A DNA stretch of 53,049 bases. Source: a virus (Duplodnaviria > Caudoviricetes). The DNA lies in IMG/VR virus record IMGVR_UViG_3300007972_000001, positions 1 to 53,049 of that record. One strand, 5' to 3'. This document shows, one piece after another, positions 1-9,044 of this stretch. A program made the translations under genes and the position numbers. The notes under the pieces were generated by a model. It ran no database searches. It was not told the origin of the DNA and saw nothing but the letters and a program-made list of their open reading frames with translations. Position 1 is the stretch's first letter. Every line of letters begins with the position of its first letter.

Positions 1-363
1 ATGAAGGAGCTTCCGCCAGAAGGGCTTGATGTGAATTATTATGCAGGTTTTTTGGATGGTTGGAGAATTGCAGATGGCTGCGGTGAAAGATTAGACAGTC
101 AAAATGCAAAAGCTTTAGATTGGGCAGAAAAATACGCACCCATGTGCGGCTTAGTAGTAACAGGTAGGTCACAGTCTAAAATTATGGATACAAATATAGG
201 AAGGCAGAGTGCGCCTTTAGGCTGTGTTTACCTAAGGCCTTCAAGTGAGGTTACCTGGAAAGTAACAAAAATTGAACCTATGAAAGGACTACATCCGGTT
301 TATTGTGCCGTCGTTCCAAAAATAAAAGCCTTCACCCTTTCGGGTGGAATCTACACAGGTAAC
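1..363 (+). mobile_element. Intein in DnaB, C-terminal part with LAGLIDADG-type motif
   Basis: YYAGFLDGWRIADG (LAGLIDADG-like), block F VYCAVVP, block G FTLSGGIYTGN followed by +1 Cys at 364-366. Confidence 0.8.
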
Positions 364-732
364 TGCGTGGTTGTTTTGCTGGCTCAGTTGAGCGACGAAG
401 GTATCATTCGCTACTCGAAGGCTTTGAAAGAACACTCCAGTAATATGTGGAGTTGGATATACAACTCCGAGGCACGAGAGAGTCATCTAATCAACATTCG
501 TCAGGACAAAGCTCGAAATCAGAAATCCTTTGATTTTGTCCTACAAGAGAATTTTGAGTGCATGAGGATTGGCGACTTTGAAGGTGAAGAACTACCAAGT
601 AGCTCTCAGCCTAAAAAGAAAAAAGCAACTTGGGGCAAGAAGCCTGCCAGTAAAAGGGACAAAGCCGAGAATGAACCCGACAACAAGGTGAAAAAGGCCA
701 AGGTCAAACGTGATGACTACTACGAATTGTGA
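1..732 (+). CDS. dnaB: DnaB-like replicative helicase, C-terminal part, interrupted by an intein (5'-partial)
   Basis: After the intein end (TGN|C) the sequence CVVVLLAQLSDEGIIRYSKALKEHSSNMW...IRQDKARN matches DnaB H3/H4 motifs and the K-x-R arginine finger; Lys-rich C-terminal tail. The true start lies upstream of the window. Confidence 0.8.
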   Translation: MKELPPEGLDVNYYAGFLDGWRIADGCGERLDSQNAKALDWAEKYAPMCGLVVTGRSQSKIMDTNIGRQSAPLGCVYLRPSSEVTWKVTKIEPMKGLHPVYCAVVPKIKAFTLSGGIYTGNCVVVLLAQLSDEGIIRYSKALKEHSSNMWSWIYNSEARESHLINIRQDKARNQKSFDFVLQENFECMRIGDFEGEELPSSSQPKKKKATWGKKPASKRDKAENEPDNKVKKAKVKRDDYYEL

Positions 733-748
733 CCTGGGGAGATACGGC

Positions 749-1810
749 GTGATTGAACATCGTGGGAAAAAGGGTTGCTTAGTTGGTGGAAGCCTAATAG
801 CTACTCGATTTGGGTTCCGTATGCTGTCGGAATTATGCCCACGATCAGAAGGAACTGAAACGCCTAACGACCTTCAAGTGTATTCTCCTGTTGGCCTTGT
901 GCCAGTATCAGCAGTTCATAACACAGGTATACAACCAACGGTTCAAGTGACAACCGATATTGGCATTGTTCTAACTTGCACCCTAGATCACGGTTGGTTG
1001 GCCGATAGAGAAGGGCAGATGGGTTGGATTGAAGCCAAAGACTTGGCTTATGGTGAAGAGCTGGCTGTTGAATTGGGGGACTGGCCTCGGCACGATTCTC
1101 GCATCTTTAACGTCCCACAGAACATCGCCAACAATTACGTCAGAGAAACGGTTATATCCTCGTCAGAACTTGGTATGGATATCGATGATGACCTCCGTTT
1201 CGCCTTGCTAGGTTTAGCGTCGTTCGCCTTTCAAAATGGCTCAGGTCTAGTGCTAAAAGGTAACTCAAAAGCTTACAAAGAATGGTCTGACGTGTTTGCC
1301 ATGAAGATGCTGCGAAACAGTCGGACTAATCAATATGCCCGAAATATTTCGGGCAGTTCCGAAGTCTCGCTACCTCGTGAGTTTTCTAGGTTCTTTGTCG
1401 AAAAGATCGTAGGTAGAGGGGAGAACTCTCTTCATGCGTTGCTGTGCCAGAGTACCAGACGATCAGCCTTGGCCTGGTTAGCAGCTCTGATTAGACTTGG
1501 TTATTTAGAATTGAAACATTCGGATTGTAAAGTTCAAACTCAGGCTTTTCCTGTGCCTGTAGCGCGTATTTTGCACTTGTTGTTTCTCAGACTAGGTGTA
1601 AGAGCCGAATTAGCCATTAGCTTGGGCACAGCCAGTGTGGTTTTACCTACGTCTGTTCTGAATACCAATCTCGACAAGCGAGCTAGCCCGATAGAGAAGA
1701 CGATGGTAATCGGTGTGAGAAAAGGTGAGCCACAAATGGTCTTTGATTTGACTGTTCCCAATTCTCACAGTTTCTCTGCCTGTGGTTTAGTATCTAGGAA
1801 TAGCCTATGA
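749..1810 (+). CDS. Stand-alone intein (Hint plus degenerate LAGLIDADG) with only 9-aa and 2-aa exteins
   Basis: GGGGAG at 736-741 then in-frame GTG at 749; MIEHRGKKG|CLVGGSLI (block A, Cys at 776), TCTLDH (block B), VFDLTV (block F), GLVSRN|SL-stop (block G). Stop overlaps the next ATG (ATGA). Confidence 0.85.
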   Translation: MIEHRGKKGCLVGGSLIATRFGFRMLSELCPRSEGTETPNDLQVYSPVGLVPVSAVHNTGIQPTVQVTTDIGIVLTCTLDHGWLADREGQMGWIEAKDLAYGEELAVELGDWPRHDSRIFNVPQNIANNYVRETVISSSELGMDIDDDLRFALLGLASFAFQNGSGLVLKGNSKAYKEWSDVFAMKMLRNSRTNQYARNISGSSEVSLPREFSRFFVEKIVGRGENSLHALLCQSTRRSALAWLAALIRLGYLELKHSDCKVQTQAFPVPVARILHLLFLRLGVRAELAISLGTASVVLPTSVLNTNLDKRASPIEKTMVIGVRKGEPQMVFDLTVPNSHSFSACGLVSRNSL

Positions 1811-2061
1811 CAAATGGTGTGCTAACTCACGCAGAGCGCGCAGTTTTATCTGTGGTTAACCAACGCAGTTCCTCAATTGTTGGCAACAATTGCCATCAAG
1901 AAAAGTTTAACACTCGGGTAGTAGCTTCGCTCGCTATTCGTGGGTTGGTTCGACGCTTGGATAAAGTAGATATACTCACAATGACAGAGCTTGGTAAGCA
2001 AGTTCTCGGTGCAGCAAAATACAATGTCTTGTTAGGGGTATACACGTATGAGGTATTATAA
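1807..2061 (+). CDS. Small hypothetical protein, winged-helix-like
   Basis: ATGA-coupled ORF; LAIRGLV...LTMTELGKQVL resembles the end of a wHTH wing. Confidence 0.5.
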   Translation: MTNGVLTHAERAVLSVVNQRSSSIVGNNCHQEKFNTRVVASLAIRGLVRRLDKVDILTMTELGKQVLGAAKYNVLLGVYTYEVL

Positions 2062-2617
2062 CCCTGATGGGAGTCGAAATATGCTGACGCCTGGATACCC
2101 AAGTCGTCAGCGACCAGTTATTTTGCAGAAAGCACGAGCGGTTTCTAACCTGTCTGCAAAAGCCTTAGAAAAGCTACGAAAGAAAGCTCGTAGGGAAGAA
2201 CGTCGTATTAGAAGATGGTTGGATCAAGAGAAGATTGAAATAGATGCGGACCATTATTTGGATCTGCATGCTTCTGTGTCTGAATCGACGATGGTGAATC
2301 TCCTAAACGTAGCGTTGAGGAGTAACGCCGTCGTTGATGCTGTTCGTAAGGCAAATATTGCCCTATCTGAAAATTTGAACATGGATGACCTAAGCATTGA
2401 GTCTCCAGAAATTGTTAGGTTTACGACACTAGCTGCCCGTTTTGAGATGATGAGGGTAGTGCTAGAAAACATTAGTATTCCAGAACACCATAGAGCGCAG
2501 ATGCTTTCTAGGTACGTAGAGAGGCTGATACCCACTTCACAATTCGCGGCTCGTAAATCACCTGATCCCTTCGCTCAGGTACAAGAACAACTCAACCGGC
2601 TCGGATTGAACAAATGA
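2048..2617 (+). CDS. Hypothetical helical protein, candidate terminase small subunit
   Basis: 189 aa, basic N-terminus, ATGA-coupled to terL; assignment by position only. Confidence 0.4.
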   Translation: MRYYNPDGSRNMLTPGYPSRQRPVILQKARAVSNLSAKALEKLRKKARREERRIRRWLDQEKIEIDADHYLDLHASVSESTMVNLLNVALRSNAVVDAVRKANIALSENLNMDDLSIESPEIVRFTTLAARFEMMRVVLENISIPEHHRAQMLSRYVERLIPTSQFAARKSPDPFAQVQEQLNRLGLNK

Positions 2618-5600
2618 AATACAGAGCTAAACGCGCCACTGTCCTAGAAAACTGCTTGTCCTGCACCAAGTATTCTAGGTGCAAGTATGAAGCAAAGAAG
2701 TGGAATTTTTTGTGCCACAGGTTCCGTTCTGTTGAAGATGACCCCACACCAACGGTGACTGAACCAGAAGTTACACTCCCCAAGAAGAAGGTCAAAACAA
2801 AAGGGCTTAAAACCCTTAGAGTGCAGACTACAGATGAAGTTGACCTAGAGGCTACCGATAAAAGTGGTAAGGACTTTAGGAGGTATCTCAAGGAGCTATC
2901 AGAAAGCGATGGTGTAATCCTTGATGATCCTAGAGTAGATGACCGTGATTTTAAGCAAGCACCAAACTTTTTAGAGTGGTGTACCGGCAAGGAGTTTCTC
3001 AATACTGAACCTTTTGCTAAGCAGCTCCAACTTGGCATACAGTTCCATGCAGAGTGGTGCCCAAAGTGCTCGGACTCTGATTATGTAACAGATATACCTA
3101 TAGATGCGACGGTCGATGAAATGTTGGAGAGAATCCAACTGATGAACTACGGCAAGTGCCCTCGTTGTAAGGGAACCAGAGCCGAGTTCTTCACTGAGGG
3201 CGATCTGCCTATGTTTCAGGACATGATCGCCGTTATCGGACAGCGCGGTGGAAAGTGCGTTTCTGGAGACACTTGGGTGTTGACAGATAATGGCTTACAA
3301 CGTATGCGGCAGGTTGTAGATCAACAGACAACCACTGTTGCCAGCAATGACGGTTCTGTTCTCGACGTAACCAATTGGTGGAGCAAAGGCCAAAAACCTG
3401 TTATTGACTTGACGACTGAGATAGGTCAGATGATCACGCTGACTGGCTCTCATCCGATCTATACCTCTGTTGGGGATAAGAAGGCTAAGGATTGCATCGG
3501 GCGATACGTTCCTTTGTATGCAGGGCAAAACAAATTTCCTTCCTTTAAGCGTCGTCACAAGCTGCATCTAGACGGTGCAATTATGGCCGACAGGATCACG
3601 CAAGGTTTCGTTGAGGAAAACTTGCACAGTGACGGTCGTAAGAACCCAATGCGTGTTGGGTTATCCGATCTCATAATGACGATGGACAGGGACTTTTGGT
3701 TGAAATTCTTACGCCAAGGGTTCTTTTCTCGTTACACTCACGGTCCTGTGCTAGTTTGGCAGTTACCTTTTGCAGGGTTTGCCCGAGACATTCAAACTGT
3801 TCTCTTAAACCTCGGTGTCTTCTCTCGTATCATTAAAAAGACCATTACTGTCGAAGGTAGGATGGCTCTACGGCTGGCTAGACTATGTGGAGCTCTATCT
3901 CTCGTAAATGTTTGGATGAGTCAGACCGTCTTTAAGGATTATCAGGCCTGGTACGATACCTTTGGTGCTGGCCCTAGAAAGATTATTGAGACAAGCCTGC
4001 AAGCCATTTTAGTGGATGTCGAGCCTCATATTCCAGACCTACCCAACTCGACTCATCGCTTCATGCGAGATAGTATGGGTAACTATATCGAGCGTGTTAG
4101 GAATAGCGACATTTCTCGTTGGGAGCTGTCCTTTGTTATCCGAAAGTATATCGAGCCGCTTCGCTTCTATCTAAATCCCTTAGGGAAAATGGCGATAGAT
4201 CGCCTGTATCAGATCATAGATCCAGAGGTTGCTTGGGTTAAAGTGACCGGCGCGCGAAGTGGTCGTATGGTAGACGTTTATGATATTGAGGTGCCGCAGA
4301 CAAGACACTTCCTTGCTAATGGGTTGTGGGTTCATAACAGCGTCTCTCTTGGTCATAACATCACTTACACTGCTCACAAGTTTATCAAGCTCGGTAATCC
4401 TAGCAAATACTTTGGCTTGCCACCTACAATCTTGCATGGAAATGTAGTTGCTACTACTCACGCGCAGGCTAAGGAATCTGTGTGGGACCCAATGCTAGAG
4501 TTGATGGACGAAAGCCCTTGGTTCAGCAACTACCACGAGTTCTTGAAAGATCGCGGCGAGACTATTGGTGAGGAGCTATTCCGCATCAAGGACACATTTG
4601 CCTACTATCGGCATCGTGGCTTACAGATGGGCCCCAGCTCGCCTAATAAAAGGAACCTTCGCGGTAGGACTCGGTTCTGGGCAGCCATCGATGAGCTTGG
4701 CTGGTTCGGTGGTGATGAAGGTGCTGTCAAAACAAACGGTTCGGAAGTATATAAGGCCCTCGCTCGAAGCTTGCAGACTTTAAGGTCTCGTTCTCGTGCG
4801 CTCATACAGCAGGGCGTATATGACTTTCCGGTTGCAGGTATGTACTGTATCTCTAGCCCTAGCGACATTAATGATCCTATCATGACGCTCTATCGAGACG
4901 CCAGTAAGGTCAAGACAATGTATGCGGTGAACTACCCAACATGGGAGTTCAACCCAATGATTACTAGAGAGGACTTGTCCAGAGAGTTTGAGACGGATTT
5001 TGCTGCTGCCATGCGAGACTTTGGTGCTAGACCGCCAATGTCCACATTGCCGTTCGTGAGCAAGTACTCAGACTTTAAGGGTGTATTCAACCGGAACATA
5101 ACAAATGCCGCCGCGATCAAGCAGTTGAAGGTGATCAGCAAGGGCGGTCGCAAGATGACTGGTGCTTCTATCGACTTTATATGGCATGACGCCTCTATTG
5201 GAAAGTTGATGACGCTTGATCCAGGTTCTGTGAACAACTCCTTTGCTCTAACTGTGAGCCACATTGATCCAGAGTTGGGCATAGTCTTTGACCTACTGGC
5301 TGAGATTATCCCGCTCAAGCGCCGTGAAATCAACTTCCCTCAAATCGTCAAGCACGTTCTTGAACCCATCATTGAGAAGATGGGTATCAGAGTTATCGCT
5401 TCTGATAGGTGGCAGCACAAGCTTCTACTGCAAGGGCTTGAGGAAAAGTACGGTATTCCATATATCGAGTACAAGTGCAAGTACTCGGACTTCCTAGATT
5501 GGCGCGACGCCACTAGAGAGGAACAGTATAGCATGCCTGCTCCAGAAATGAAGCGGGATGATATTCTGGCGGTCAATAGTTCCAACTACCGTAACGCCTT

Positions 5601-5934
5601 TATGGGCAAGCCTATCTCCCACTTGATCTATCAAGCTTTGACTGTCCAAGACGTTCCCGGTAAGACGGTCGAAAAAGGAACAGACACTACCGATGACGTG
5701 TTCCGTGCTATGGTGGTTGCACACGCTCTACTCAACGAACCCGAAGTAGCAGAGTTAGTTCAAGGTGAGTTGAGGAATGGTAACTACGGTATCGGTGCAG
5801 TGGCAGGTATGTCAGGCGGCTATGGTGGCAGTTCTGTAAAAGGCCATAAGAGCGTCAATATCCCAATTGCCATTGGTGGGTCAGGCGCTCAATCTATACA
5901 GGGTAGCCGTTTAGGGGTATTAGGTGGAAAATGA
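2614..5934 (+). CDS. terL: Terminase large subunit with intein and Cys-rich N-terminal extension
   Basis: Walker A IGQRGGK|S (after splicing), LRGRT..AAIDELGW Walker B, CISSP motif III, RNase H-like nuclease LMTLDPG...SDRWQ...TDDVFRA; CxxC pairs in the N-terminus. Confidence 0.92.
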   Translation: MKYRAKRATVLENCLSCTKYSRCKYEAKKWNFLCHRFRSVEDDPTPTVTEPEVTLPKKKVKTKGLKTLRVQTTDEVDLEATDKSGKDFRRYLKELSESDGVILDDPRVDDRDFKQAPNFLEWCTGKEFLNTEPFAKQLQLGIQFHAEWCPKCSDSDYVTDIPIDATVDEMLERIQLMNYGKCPRCKGTRAEFFTEGDLPMFQDMIAVIGQRGGKCVSGDTWVLTDNGLQRMRQVVDQQTTTVASNDGSVLDVTNWWSKGQKPVIDLTTEIGQMITLTGSHPIYTSVGDKKAKDCIGRYVPLYAGQNKFPSFKRRHKLHLDGAIMADRITQGFVEENLHSDGRKNPMRVGLSDLIMTMDRDFWLKFLRQGFFSRYTHGPVLVWQLPFAGFARDIQTVLLNLGVFSRIIKKTITVEGRMALRLARLCGALSLVNVWMSQTVFKDYQAWYDTFGAGPRKIIETSLQAILVDVEPHIPDLPNSTHRFMRDSMGNYIERVRNSDISRWELSFVIRKYIEPLRFYLNPLGKMAIDRLYQIIDPEVAWVKVTGARSGRMVDVYDIEVPQTRHFLANGLWVHNSVSLGHNITYTAHKFIKLGNPSKYFGLPPTILHGNVVATTHAQAKESVWDPMLELMDESPWFSNYHEFLKDRGETIGEELFRIKDTFAYYRHRGLQMGPSSPNKRNLRGRTRFWAAIDELGWFGGDEGAVKTNGSEVYKALARSLQTLRSRSRALIQQGVYDFPVAGMYCISSPSDINDPIMTLYRDASKVKTMYAVNYPTWEFNPMITREDLSREFETDFAAAMRDFGARPPMSTLPFVSKYSDFKGVFNRNITNAAAIKQLKVISKGGRKMTGASIDFIWHDASIGKLMTLDPGSVNNSFALTVSHIDPELGIVFDLLAEIIPLKRREINFPQIVKHVLEPIIEKMGIRVIASDRWQHKLLLQGLEEKYGIPYIEYKCKYSDFLDWRDATREEQYSMPAPEMKRDDILAVNSSNYRNAFMGKPISHLIYQALTVQDVPGKTVEKGTDTTDDVFRAMVVAHALLNEPEVAELVQGELRNGNYGIGAVAGMSGGYGGSSVKGHKSVNIPIAIGGSGAQSIQGSRLGVLGGK
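3256..4338 (+). mobile_element. Intein (361 aa) inserted in the terminase Walker A motif
   Basis: GGK|CVSGDTWV (block A), LTGSH (block B), VYDIEV (block F), FLANGLWVHN|S (block G); central region has LAGLIDADG-like remnants (KFLRQGFF, ARDIQTVLLNLGVFSRI). Confidence 0.93.
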
Positions 5935-6974
5935 GTCATACCGAAGCAATAGCCGTTGGCGATCTTCATTTGGAAAAACTGTTCAAGTGGTTTGATCCAG
6001 AGCTAGCCTTAGCTTATACCTTTTCCGCTTTGGAAGCAGCCTACAAGTACGCAGTTGAGAACTCTGTCCAATTCGTGATACTATTGGGTGATATATTCGA
6101 CACAGCTACTCCAGAACAGCGGACTGTTGATAGGTTCAACCAGTTTTTGGCGACACACAATAAGGTAACCTGGTTGATTATTCGTGGCAATCATGATATC
6201 CATGACACGCACACGTCCAGCCTCATTATCTTGAAGGGCATAGATCGCCTGAATTTGATGCCTCATGTTCGAGTGTTTCTTTCACCTGAGCTATTAGACT
6301 TGGATGGCATCAAATTTCTAATGATGCCTTACCCATATCGAAAGATTGATAAGTGGTTAAAGCCCGATGAGTTTGCTGTCGTGTGCCCGCACTTAGAGTT
6401 TCGTGGAGCTCAGACCGACAATGGTTTCATCTCTAAAGATGGGGCTAAGCTGCCAAAGGGTTGTCAGATTTGGGTGAGCGGGCATCTACACACGAAGCAA
6501 GTAGTAGGTGAAAGATTATTCTACCCTGGAACTATGCTTCAACTGAATATGGTAGAAAAGCCTGAGAAATTCTTCCTACACATGACAATTGATGGTGAAA
6601 AGTTCACGCCAAAGTTTGTCCCTTACAAGACGCCATTTCAACTGTTCAATCTGGTCATTGCTACCGAGGCTGATCTGGAGAGAGTTGACGCTAGAAACCC
6701 AAAGCACCGCTATCGCCTTGTGGTGAAGAACGGCGTCAAAGTACCCTTAAAGGTTAGAAATTCTCCCTATGTTGTCATGCACGGTTATCAAAATCGTGAG
6801 GAGAAAAAGTCAGTTATTAAGGGAATGCTTCACCTAAGTAAGCAAGAACATAAGCAATTCGATGTGACCTATGGACTGAAAACCTTCCTCAAGAGCAAGG
6901 GTCACGATGCAAGTGATGTAAAAGAAGCAGTGAGCTTCGCTAGGTCACTTGCCAAATCTATTGGAGTGAGATGA
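5931..6974 (+). CDS. Mre11/SbcD/gp47-like metallophosphoesterase nuclease
   Basis: Motifs GDLH, LLGDIFD, RGNHD, PHLE, SGHLH, YPGT. Confidence 0.88.
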   Translation: MSHTEAIAVGDLHLEKLFKWFDPELALAYTFSALEAAYKYAVENSVQFVILLGDIFDTATPEQRTVDRFNQFLATHNKVTWLIIRGNHDIHDTHTSSLIILKGIDRLNLMPHVRVFLSPELLDLDGIKFLMMPYPYRKIDKWLKPDEFAVVCPHLEFRGAQTDNGFISKDGAKLPKGCQIWVSGHLHTKQVVGERLFYPGTMLQLNMVEKPEKFFLHMTIDGEKFTPKFVPYKTPFQLFNLVIATEADLERVDARNPKHRYRLVVKNGVKVPLKVRNSPYVVMHGYQNREEKKSVIKGMLHLSKQEHKQFDVTYGLKTFLKSKGHDASDVKEAVSFARSLAKSIGVR

Positions 6975-7207
6975 TAATGGCTAGACGTTCTTTACCTAAG
7001 AAACAGGTCGTTGCTCAGCTTCCATCAGAGCTAACAGATGAGCAAGTCAAAGCCGCTGTCTACGCCATGCACGACACCGTAAGCAGCACCCCATTCGATG
7101 AGTATTACAAGGGGTATGCGGAGCTTCGCCTTTCTGAGTATGGGGCCAGGTTCCGTGCTGGCTATAAAAGAATTGTGGAGATGGTCCTAGGCCATGATGA
7201 AAAATGA
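6971..7207 (+). CDS. Hypothetical protein
   Basis: ATGA-coupled at both ends within the operon. Confidence 0.6.
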   Translation: MIMARRSLPKKQVVAQLPSELTDEQVKAAVYAMHDTVSSTPFDEYYKGYAELRLSEYGARFRAGYKRIVEMVLGHDEK

Positions 7208-8214
7208 GGCTCGAAGAGTTTGTGCAGCAGGAGCTGCGAAAGCTGCCGCCTGATAGAAGCATTCGTTGGGATACCGACCGTGCGTGGATACGTTGTCCAG
7301 TTCACAATAACGGTAACGAGCGCACTGGTTCTATGCGAATCATGCTCAAGCGAGAAAATACTCCTAAAGGCGTAGTGTATCCTGGTCATATCTATTGCTG
7401 GGGTTGTGGAAAAACCCACCCTTGGGACGTTCTTGTTGAGCGTTACAAGTTGAAGAAAATAAAGCGGAGTCAGATGTACAATGACTCCGCTTATGAGGTA
7501 TTTAGCCCAGAAGATCGAGCAGCTATGCTCGGTGAAGCTCAAACAGAGCAACTCCCAGTTGATGCTGCACCTTGGCCGGTCCACATGAATTGGCGCAATA
7601 TCAATGGGCAAACGACGCACGATGTTGGTGGACTTATTTATTACGATTACGGGATTAAGCAGACACGTTGCATACTGCCAGTCAATATCCATGAAGAGAT
7701 GGTAGGCTTCGTCAAGTGTAACCTGATGCCGGTCAAAAAGGGTCGAAACTATTTCAACTCGACTGGTTCATGGTCTAGAACACAGGCCTTGTTTCCCTAC
7801 GATCACGTCAAGGAGATGCTAGATAAGAAGAGGCCTCGGATTATCTACCTCGTCGAAGGGCCAAGAGACGCACTCAATCAAGTGCAATTGGGCAAAGCCT
7901 GTCTAGCCATCCTTGGAGCAAGAAATTGGACTGATGAGAAGCGGGAGCTAGTACTTGACCTTGATCCTGATCTAGTAGTCGTTATGCTTGACCCTGACAA
8001 AGTGGGTCAATTGGGTGCTGCTAAGATTGTTAAGAGCCTCAAGCGATCGGTGCCAATCGTCAATTTCAAGTTTCCTTTGAACCCTGATGGCTCGAAGAAG
8101 ATGGATGCTTCTGATCTGACGAAAAAACAGTCCAACGGAATACACCGACGCTATCTAGATAGGCTAAAGCAAGGCGAGATAGGTAGTAAGGCCAAGAAGA
8201 GGATTGCAGCATGA
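7204..8214 (+). CDS. DNA primase (zinc-binding plus TOPRIM domains)
   Basis: CPVH...YCWGCG zinc finger; YLVEGPRDAL and MLDPD TOPRIM motifs; C-terminal KMDASD. Confidence 0.88.
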   Translation: MRLEEFVQQELRKLPPDRSIRWDTDRAWIRCPVHNNGNERTGSMRIMLKRENTPKGVVYPGHIYCWGCGKTHPWDVLVERYKLKKIKRSQMYNDSAYEVFSPEDRAAMLGEAQTEQLPVDAAPWPVHMNWRNINGQTTHDVGGLIYYDYGIKQTRCILPVNIHEEMVGFVKCNLMPVKKGRNYFNSTGSWSRTQALFPYDHVKEMLDKKRPRIIYLVEGPRDALNQVQLGKACLAILGARNWTDEKRELVLDLDPDLVVVMLDPDKVGQLGAAKIVKSLKRSVPIVNFKFPLNPDGSKKMDASDLTKKQSNGIHRRYLDRLKQGEIGSKAKKRIAA

Positions 8215-8420
8215 AACCCGACAGTCATACTTTATTCTACCTATCTATCGTACTAATGGTAGTAGCCGCTACCTTACTAGCCTTTGCTACCTTTTCTTCC
8301 CCAAAGAACCCTAGCCGTCAAATCGTCGGTCATCAGTGGTGCAAGCACCTAGCTCATTTGCCTAAATTCTTGCACCCAATATGCCTTCAAGTTGGTGTCT
8401 CGCTTGGAGACAATAAATGA
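8211..8420 (+). CDS. Small membrane-anchored hypothetical protein
   Basis: N-terminal hydrophobic helix LFYLSIVLMVVAATLLAFA; ATGA coupling. Confidence 0.55.
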   Translation: MKPDSHTLFYLSIVLMVVAATLLAFATFSSPKNPSRQIVGHQWCKHLAHLPKFLHPICLQVGVSLGDNK

Positions 8421-8638
8421 CAAAAGACCCTCATGACGATGTTAGAGTTGACTCCATAACAGAGTTGTCGTCAGTTATTTTGAAAGAAACTTCGCTTTTG
8501 TGCAAGAGACATGGCCCTGATCCTCAGATAAGGTATGTCATCTGTGCGGCCTTTGTTATGGCTGCCAAAACTCTGGAAAAGACATTTCCAGGGTTTATAG
8601 AAGGCTTGTGTTCAACTCTTCTTGGGAGAAAGGTATGA
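8417..8638 (+). CDS. Hypothetical protein
   Basis: GGAG RBS, ATGA coupling. Confidence 0.55.
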   Translation: MTKDPHDDVRVDSITELSSVILKETSLLCKRHGPDPQIRYVICAAFVMAAKTLEKTFPGFIEGLCSTLLGRKV

Positions 8639-9030
8639 ACCTTCAATCCATAATTAACTGGCTAATTAGGCTACTACAAAAGTATGCTAAACCAACAGAT
8701 TCGGAGAAGCCAATGAATATCACGCTGCAATCCCTAATCACAGCTATTAAGGTAGCTGACTCAATTCCTTGGCCAGAAATCGGCAAGGTTATTCAACAGA
8801 AATTCAATGATCCAGAAGCTGTATTGGTTACTGTCGAGGATGTAGCTTCGGCTATTGCACCGTTTGTTCCGGCAGCTTTGACTGTGGAGGAAGTGGCGGC
8901 AGTGTTGCTCATCCTCTACAAGCTTCACGTTATCACGGTTGGTCAGCCTAATCTTGATCCTAATAGTGGCATCTTTGTCACGCTGTTTGGTTCAGACGGC
9001 CAAGACCATAGCCACCCTGTATTCGTTTGA
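8635..9030 (+). CDS. Hypothetical protein (alternative start at 8713)
   Basis: ATG at 8635 overlaps the upstream stop; a second GGAG-ATG at 8713. Confidence 0.55.
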   Translation: MNLQSIINWLIRLLQKYAKPTDSEKPMNITLQSLITAIKVADSIPWPEIGKVIQQKFNDPEAVLVTVEDVASAIAPFVPAALTVEEVAAVLLILYKLHVITVGQPNLDPNSGIFVTLFGSDGQDHSHPVFV

Positions 9031-9044
9031 GATGAGGTGTAACA

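Noticed and set aside
710-748. Longer start for the stand-alone intein ORF, or fusion with dnaB
   Set aside because: Overlaps the dnaB end in another frame; the RBS position favours GTG at 749 and no slippery site was evident.
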